NCBI GenBank assembly: GCA_965208125.1
Contig: OZ242320.1
Coordinates: 3,168,001 to 3,232,000, forward strand
DNA length: 64,000 bases
Direction of reading: 5' to 3'
Source of the DNA: Candidatus Latescibacterota bacterium
Lineage (GTDB): Bacteria > Latescibacterota > UBA2968
Positions within the stretch are counted from its first letter, which is position 1. The number at the start of each line of letters is the position of its first letter. Shown in pieces: positions 58,169-64,000 of this stretch. The position numbers and the translations under genes are program-made. Below the pieces are notes generated by a model. The model did no database searches and had not been told where the DNA came from. It saw only the letters and a list, made by a program, of their open reading frames with translations.

Positions 58169-59851
58169 CTAATCGCGAAGGTTCGACAAGCGTATGTCCT
58201 CTACCAGCATTTGCACATTGGTTCTGCCCTGCCAGGTATTGGCCTGTAGTGCAAAGGCGAGATCGACGCGGTCGCCCACTGATAATTCGTAAACTCGCTC
58301 GCCCTGGCGAAACCAGATTGCATCGCACAGGTCAGCACCTGTATCTACGCTGAGTTTCAAATGCGCCCCGCGACCTATGGCGCGCGCATCTGCAATTCGG
58401 CAGTTGCGGGCTGCAAAACGCGGCAACTCGTTTTTTGCACCAAAAGGGGCCAATTTGTCCAGGGTGTCAACGGTCACGAGCGAAATATCGGATGGTTTGA
58501 GCGCGACATCGACTTCCAGTTGGGGCGTCAGTGCTTCCTCTGATAGCCGCGCTTGAGCATCTGCGATCAACCGGTCTTGAAATTCGAGATAATTTTCAGC
58601 GGGAACTGAAAATCCGGCGGCATCGGCGTGTCCGCCAAATTCGGTGAGCAAATCTGAGACTCGGAAAATTGCCTCGACGATATTGTATCCACCTGCTGTG
58701 CGCGCTGAACCCGTGTAGATGCCATTTTTGCGAAAGTTGGTACACACCAGTGCGGGTCGCGAAAATTTTTCGACCAATCGCCCGGCGATCAGCCCGACCA
58801 CACCCAGATGCCAGTCTTCACCGCGCACGACCAGAATGCGATACTGATCCAACCAGTTATCTTCTACCATGCGTTCGGCTTCGGCTATACCGTCGTTTTG
58901 CAGAGCCTGCCTTTCGCCATTTAGACCGTTTAATTCTTCGGCGAGTTTTGCCGCCTGTTCTCGGTTTTGACAACGCAACAAATCGAGTGCCAGATCGGCT
59001 GATGATAAGCGCCCGGCGCTGTTGATGCGCGGTCCGAGAAAGAATCCAATAGAGATCGTGTCGATGGGGCGGTTGGTCGTACCAGCGACGGCTTTAAGTG
59101 CCTGCAAGCCCGGACGCTCGGTGGTATTGAGGACCTGCATCCCCTTTCGCGTTAGCAGGCGATTTTCTGCAACCATGGGGGCCATGTCAGCCACAGTGCC
59201 CAAAGCGACCAGATCCAGAAGCGAGTTCAAATACCGGCGGCGTTCTGAATCGGACAGGAATTCTGATGTTAGAGCCTGTACCACCTTAAATGCCACTCCC
59301 ACGGCAGCCAGTCCCTTGAAGGGATATTCGCAGTCTGCGCGATTGGGGTTCACCAATGCCAGAGCGTCTGGCAATTTGTCCTGTGGATGGTGATGGTCAA
59401 TGACTACCACATCTATTCCGGCGTCATTGGCTGTGTCAACAGCCTCAAAAGCTGAAATGCCATTGTCCGCGGTTACAATGAGTTGTGCTCCTTGCGCGTA
59501 TGCCGTCTCTACACCCGACGGTTTCATGCCATACCCATCCCGGAACCGGTCGGGCAACAAAAATGTGGCATTGGCACCTACCAGATCGAAAAAATCCAGC
59601 AAAACAGCGGTGCTCGTGACGCCATCTACATCGTAATCGCCAAAAACCACAATGCGCTCTTTATTGCGAATGGCTTCTGAGATGCGTTCGACAATGCGGC
59701 GCATGTCTTTCATTAAATAGGGGTCATTCAAAATATCGGGAGAATCAGTCAAATCTTCTATTTTTAATGAACGGTTTGCGAGAATGACATCGGCAATAGA
59801 ATGATAGTCGCCCTTATGGCGTATGTTCCATATCGGGTACCTGGGTTCCAT
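58169..59851 (-). CDS. recJ: ssDNA-specific exonuclease RecJ
   Basis: 'GDYDVDG', 'DNG', 'DHH', 'LGTVAD', 'PRINSAGRL', 'GGHADAAG'. Confidence 0.95.
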   Translation of the reverse strand: MEPRYPIWNIRHKGDYHSIADVILANRSLKIEDLTDSPDILNDPYLMKDMRRIVERISEAIRNKERIVVFGDYDVDGVTSTAVLLDFFDLVGANATFLLPDRFRDGYGMKPSGVETAYAQGAQLIVTADNGISAFEAVDTANDAGIDVVVIDHHHPQDKLPDALALVNPNRADCEYPFKGLAAVGVAFKVVQALTSEFLSDSERRRYLNSLLDLVALGTVADMAPMVAENRLLTRKGMQVLNTTERPGLQALKAVAGTTNRPIDTISIGFFLGPRINSAGRLSSADLALDLLRCQNREQAAKLAEELNGLNGERQALQNDGIAEAERMVEDNWLDQYRILVVRGEDWHLGVVGLIAGRLVEKFSRPALVCTNFRKNGIYTGSARTAGGYNIVEAIFRVSDLLTEFGGHADAAGFSVPAENYLEFQDRLIADAQARLSEEALTPQLEVDVALKPSDISLVTVDTLDKLAPFGAKNELPRFAARNCRIADARAIGRGAHLKLSVDTGADLCDAIWFRQGERVYELSVGDRVDLAFALQANTWQGRTNVQMLVEDIRLSNLRD

Positions 59852-60013
59852 AAAATCTCCAGAGTGGTTGATCAGAGTGCGTATATGCGATCTCTACTTG
59901 ACTTGAAGTCAATTTGAACGTTAATTTTTGAAACCAATATTTCGCTTGGGTATCTCATAGGCAGGACGGAGGGTCACGTTACACCTTCTGCTAACCGCTT
60001 TCAGGAGTTTAAA

Positions 60014-60409
60014 ATGTCAGAATATTTCAATACAGTCAAATCTTATCTTTTGGACCTCAATCTCGCGATTGACGAGGAAGATACCGCTGAAGAACTCGTT
60101 GTGGTGAGTGACGAAGATCGCGGTGTCAATCACCTCATTGTCGATTGCGAAGATCCCATCCTCATTATCGAGCAAGCTATTATGCCCATTCCCAACGTCC
60201 CTGGGGATCTGTACAAAAGGTTGCTCGAAATGAATCGCACACTCGTCCACGGGGCGTTTGCCCTGGACGATGAAACCGGCACGGTTCTTTTTCGCGATAC
60301 CCTGCGCCTGGATACACTCGACCGATCTGAGCTTGAAGGCTCGATTACCGCGCTCGAACTCGCCTTAGCCGATAATGCCGCAGAATTACTCGAATATAGC
60401 CATCAGTAG
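60014..60409 (+). CDS. YbjN/CesT-like chaperone-fold protein
   Basis: 'LYKRLLEMNRTLVHGAFALD...VLFRDTL'; acidic; upstream of pspA. Confidence 0.7.
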   Translation: MSEYFNTVKSYLLDLNLAIDEEDTAEELVVVSDEDRGVNHLIVDCEDPILIIEQAIMPIPNVPGDLYKRLLEMNRTLVHGAFALDDETGTVLFRDTLRLDTLDRSELEGSITALELALADNAAELLEYSHQ

Positions 60410-60462
60410 GGAGCGGGTTGAACTGCTATCGCAGTTGTACATCGCTCAAAACCCGCCCGTAC
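60406..60462 (+). repeat. GTAG REP-like long hairpin
   Basis: GTAGGGAGCGGGTT...AACCCGCCCGTAC. Confidence 0.55.
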
Positions 60463-60495
60463 AAAAACTGACCATTTTTAAAAAAGGAGTATCTC

Positions 60496-61206
60496 ATGAG
60501 CATCTTTCAACGTCTCTTCAGTGTGGGCAAGGCCGAAGTCCATTCGGCCATTGACAAATTTGAAGATCCGATAAAAATGACCGAACAGGGTATCCGCGAT
60601 CTGAAAAATGATCTCAATAGCGCGATGACCAGTCTGGCTGAGGTCAAAGGGCAGGCCATTCGATTGCGAAAGCAGGCCGAAGATAACAAAAAGGCGTCTG
60701 CTGACTGGGAGCGTAAGGCCATGGTTTTGCTCCAAAAAGCCCAGAGCGGTGAGCTGGATGCTGGGGAAGCAGACCGGTTGGCAACCGAAGCCCTCAGTCG
60801 CAAATCAGAGGCCGATAACCGCATTTCTCAGTTTGAGCAGGATGCCCAGATGCAGGAAGATATGGCCACGAAGCTTCAAAGTCAGGTGGAGAAACTCAAA
60901 TCTACCATTGCAACACACGAAAATGAACTCATTTCACTGCGCGCGCGGGCAAAAACAGCCGCTGCGACGAAGAAAATCAACAAGCAACTCGCCAAAGTCG
61001 ATTCGTCTGGTACAATTGCCATGCTCGAGCGCATGAAAGAACGGGTTGAAGAAGATGAATCGCTCTCGCAGGCTTATGGCGAAATAGCCGGTGAATCCAA
61101 GAGCGTTGATGAGGAGATTGACGCGGCCCTGAGTACTTCATCGAGCGGCACAGATCAACGCCTTGCTGAATTGAAAGCAAAGATGGGGATGACTTCGAAA
61201 GACTGA
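60496..61206 (+). CDS. PspA/IM30 family protein
   Basis: 'MSIFQRL', 'EDPIKM.EQ.IRDL', long coiled coil, 'LAELKAKMG'. Confidence 0.92.
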   Translation: MSIFQRLFSVGKAEVHSAIDKFEDPIKMTEQGIRDLKNDLNSAMTSLAEVKGQAIRLRKQAEDNKKASADWERKAMVLLQKAQSGELDAGEADRLATEALSRKSEADNRISQFEQDAQMQEDMATKLQSQVEKLKSTIATHENELISLRARAKTAAATKKINKQLAKVDSSGTIAMLERMKERVEEDESLSQAYGEIAGESKSVDEEIDAALSTSSSGTDQRLAELKAKMGMTSKD

Positions 61207-61287
61207 TCATAGGTGTGCCTGTGGGTGAGGCACTGGCGCACCCGTTCTATGCTGTCGCAGAAGGTTCATGGGTTGCATGGAGAGAAA

Positions 61288-61833
61288 ATGAATTGGAATC
61301 CTTTTAAGAAAAAGAAACAAGAACCCGAAGCTCTCGATCCCCTCAATGTTACGCTGTCCGATCTCAAGCAGGGTTATGTCCTCGACTACGATCTCAAAAC
61401 CTGGCAGGTTACAGCGCAGCATTATTACGATTACGAAGGTGATCGCGTGGATGAATGGGAACTTACCTGCGGCGATGATGTGGCATATCTCGAGCGGTCA
61501 GAAGACGATAGTATTTCCTGGGCCCTGACGCGCAAGATCCCCCTTTCCGATATTGAGGGCGATATCCGTGGGCATATGCGCGACCACGACAATGATGATC
61601 CTCCAGATGAAGTTAGATGCCAGGGGATTATGTTCTATGGCGTATCGTCAGCCGTTGGATCTTTTTACAAAGATGGCGGGGACGAGGGACAAAAGTTTAT
61701 CATCTGGAATTATCTCGACGAGTCGGAGGAACACACCCTATCCATTGAGCAATGGGACGAAGACGCTTTTGATGCTGCGGTGGGTGAGATTGTCGAAGAA
61801 TATCAATTTAGCAATATCCTGCCAGTAGATTAA
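61288..61833 (+). CDS. DUF4178 domain protein
   Basis: 'LKQGYVLDYDLKTWQV', 'DEWEL', 'WNYLD', 'LSIEQW'. Confidence 0.75.
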   Translation: MNWNPFKKKKQEPEALDPLNVTLSDLKQGYVLDYDLKTWQVTAQHYYDYEGDRVDEWELTCGDDVAYLERSEDDSISWALTRKIPLSDIEGDIRGHMRDHDNDDPPDEVRCQGIMFYGVSSAVGSFYKDGGDEGQKFIIWNYLDESEEHTLSIEQWDEDAFDAAVGEIVEEYQFSNILPVD

Positions 61834-61838
61834 TATCT

Positions 61839-63374
61839 TTACTCAAACCCCCATTCTGATTTCCGATAGTATCGATCTACTGTCGGCTCCATTTCTGTGC
61901 TGACCTCAATTGCATGTTTTTCATCGAACATGCCCTTCCAGAAGTGCAACATTCCCCGCATTGCTTCTGCATCCAAAAATTGCGTTTCAATATTCTCAAA
62001 AGTGAGTTGCCGCATTCGGTGAATGAGGTCCTCTTCGTATATTTCTTCGGATTTCATTCCCAATACCCATCCCCAATCGCCCATCGTCGGTATATAGGTG
62101 TGATAGGGGATTGTCGAAAAGTTAGCGTCTGCCATCGTGCGTTCAATGCACAGAAATGCAAGGCGCGCGTTAAGAGGACTCGATGCCTGGGTTACCAGTA
62201 CGCCGTCGGGTGTTAAGTGACGCGCACACAGGCGATAGAATTCCCGCGAATACAATCTGGCGAGGTCCGGTCCTTTGGGATCGGGCAAGTCGATGATGAT
62301 GATATTGAATAATGCTTCTGAACGCGTCAAGAATGCGCCCGCATCGCCAATTACCACGTTTACACGCGGGTCGTCCAGTGCCCGCGTATTCGCTTCTACA
62401 AAAACCGGGTGTGTGCGCGCCAGATCGATTATCGCTTTGTCTAAATCTACCAGCGTGACTGCTTGTACATCTGCATATTTTACGACTTCGCGCACAGCCA
62501 GTCCATCCCCCCCGCCTAAGATGAGTACGTTCTTCCGCGACCCCGATAGTTTCATAGCCGGATGTACCAGCGATTCGTGATAGCGTTCTTCGTCATAGGT
62601 GCTGAATTGCACATTGCCATTTAAGTGCAGCCAGTGATGGCCTTTCCATTCTGTTATGACAATGCGTTGATAAGCGGTCTGATCTTGATAGACCACGCGG
62701 TCGCGATACCGGCTTTGTTCACCCCATATTACAATGGGACGGATATAAAGTCCCAATACCAGAAGGCCTGTGCCCAGGATCCAGAATGCCGTCAATAGCA
62801 GCCAGCGACGCGCCAATAAGTGTCGATATTGCCACAGTAATACCGATGCTACGACAAAGTTAATTGCGCCCAGTGCCAGCGGTGTGTACGTCAGGCCCAA
62901 TTCTGGCAATAAAAAAAAGGCGAACAATAGTCCGCCGATCAACGCGCCAAAATAGTCTTTTTCCATTACTGAGGCGATATTGGTGCGCAAATCCTGATAC
63001 GCTTCGTTCATGCGCGCGACCAGCGGAATTTCCATGCCGATTAGCACGCCGATGGCAAAAGCATAGATATAGATGAAAACGCCTGCCGATAACACAAATG
63101 CCGATCCAAAATACGCTACGACCGCACAGGTGGCGCACAGGACTGAGAGATAAAATTCGATTGCGATAAAGCGGTCCAGCAACCTGTCCGTCAACAATCG
63201 GCTCCATCGGCTGCCCAATCCCATGGCAAATAACATCAGCGACATGAGTACCGCCCACTGCAATGTCGTGTTGCCCAATAGATAGCTCGCCAGTGTTGAC
63301 AATGTAAATTCCGCTACAATGCCGGCACATCCCGTGGCGAATATACAGGCTTTTAAGAGATAGCTCTGTCGCAT
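61839..63374 (-). CDS. speE: Polyamine aminopropyltransferase (spermidine synthase) with N-terminal membrane domain
   Basis: About 7 TMs, 'GMEIPL', 'QFSTYDEERYHE', 'LILGGGDG', 'IDLPDP'. Confidence 0.9.
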   Translation of the reverse strand: MRQSYLLKACIFATGCAGIVAEFTLSTLASYLLGNTTLQWAVLMSLMLFAMGLGSRWSRLLTDRLLDRFIAIEFYLSVLCATCAVVAYFGSAFVLSAGVFIYIYAFAIGVLIGMEIPLVARMNEAYQDLRTNIASVMEKDYFGALIGGLLFAFFLLPELGLTYTPLALGAINFVVASVLLWQYRHLLARRWLLLTAFWILGTGLLVLGLYIRPIVIWGEQSRYRDRVVYQDQTAYQRIVITEWKGHHWLHLNGNVQFSTYDEERYHESLVHPAMKLSGSRKNVLILGGGDGLAVREVVKYADVQAVTLVDLDKAIIDLARTHPVFVEANTRALDDPRVNVVIGDAGAFLTRSEALFNIIIIDLPDPKGPDLARLYSREFYRLCARHLTPDGVLVTQASSPLNARLAFLCIERTMADANFSTIPYHTYIPTMGDWGWVLGMKSEEIYEEDLIHRMRQLTFENIETQFLDAEAMRGMLHFWKGMFDEKHAIEVSTEMEPTVDRYYRKSEWGFE

Positions 63375-63415
63375 AAAAAATAAACAACTCGGCGAGTTTT
63401 CAGCCCGCCGAGTTG
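63375..63415 (-). terminator. Terminator-like hairpin directly before the speE start
   Basis: CAACTCGGCG/CGCCGAGTTG stem followed by TTTATTTTTT-ATG. Confidence 0.55.
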
Positions 63416-63440
63416 GAGAGATTCAACACAACTTTCTTTT

Positions 63441-64000
63441 TCACAAACTCCACACAATCAGGAACGATGCGCCGACGTAAGATGTGGCTTCGATAAAGCC
63501 CGCGCCGAGATTGGGATGTTCTTGATTGGCGATTTCATCGGTCAGTTTTTGTCCAGGTAAGAGGATTACATCGGAGATGAATCGGACGATGGGTAGCAAG
63601 ATCAATCCCGCGACGACTTCGATTGCAAAGTCCTGTAAATTTACAGTCCAGGAAATAAAATTGCCCGCCGATGCGTGAAACACGATGATGCCAATGCCGA
63701 CTAATGCACCCGCAAACGCGACGCCTGCGGCGACGTTGTCTTTTTCGATTTCATCGTGAATGCTATACGGGGTAATCAATTCGTACACCAGCCCGGCCAG
63801 TACCAGAGCTACCTGACCCAATGCCCAGAAAATCACGGTTGTCACAATTCCGCCAATCTCACCCGATACCGCGCCAAAGATCACCAATCCAGTTGCTATG
63901 TACGACGCGGCAATCACAGCACCGGTGCCCGCGTTTTGATCGTCGATTAATTCATCCCGAATTTTGAATCCGTGCAGGATCACTCCGTCGTTGACCAGAC
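63441..64000 (-). CDS. DUF350 domain membrane protein, partial (5' end outside window)
   Basis: Repeated 'EI.K.N.AAG' units ('DELIDDQNAGTG','DEIEKDNVAAG','DEIANQEHPNLGAG'). Confidence 0.8.
   Translation of the reverse strand, partial: LVNDGVILHGFKIRDELIDDQNAGTGAVIAASYIATGLVIFGAVSGEIGGIVTTVIFWALGQVALVLAGLVYELITPYSIHDEIEKDNVAAGVAFAGALVGIGIIVFHASAGNFISWTVNLQDFAIEVVAGLILLPIVRFISDVILLPGQKLTDEIANQEHPNLGAGFIEATSYVGASFLIVWSL

Overview
Bacterial chromosome segment of about 50 genes. The Fibrobacter-type LexA box, cytoplasmic sulfatases, GTAG REP-like hairpins and heptamer intergenic repeats suggest (inference) an FCB-group lineage such as Latescibacterota/Gemmatimonadota-like. Housekeeping content: a suf operon (sufBCDSUT-rrf2-nfuA), lexA, dprA, murQ, a ClpX-like ATPase divergent from rqcH, folD under a ZMP/ZTP riboswitch, the yggS-yggT-divIVA-mtaP-nudix-dksA-lspA-rluD run, a two-domain PPK2, recJ, and a PspA/DUF4178/DUF350/spermidine synthase module. 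The most unusual part is 32.2-47.4 kb. It holds an NCS2-fold permease with altered substrate-site residues fused to an apparently inactive RsbW-like domain, next to an RFA-P synthase (MptG) homologue. About 5 kb away lies a sigma-less partner-switching cascade (STAS, REC-PP2C, RsbW, periplasmic binding protein, TorS-like kinase) bracketed by an amino acid symporter and a GlnK-less Amt. Also notable: a switch-like leader upstream of a KamA radical SAM gene, a sigma54-type promoter on dprA, an orphan PqqD/RRE two-gene operon and a divergent CysE-like protein. No rRNA, tRNA, CRISPR array, transposase or prophage was recognised. All family assignments come from motif recognition by eye, not database searches.
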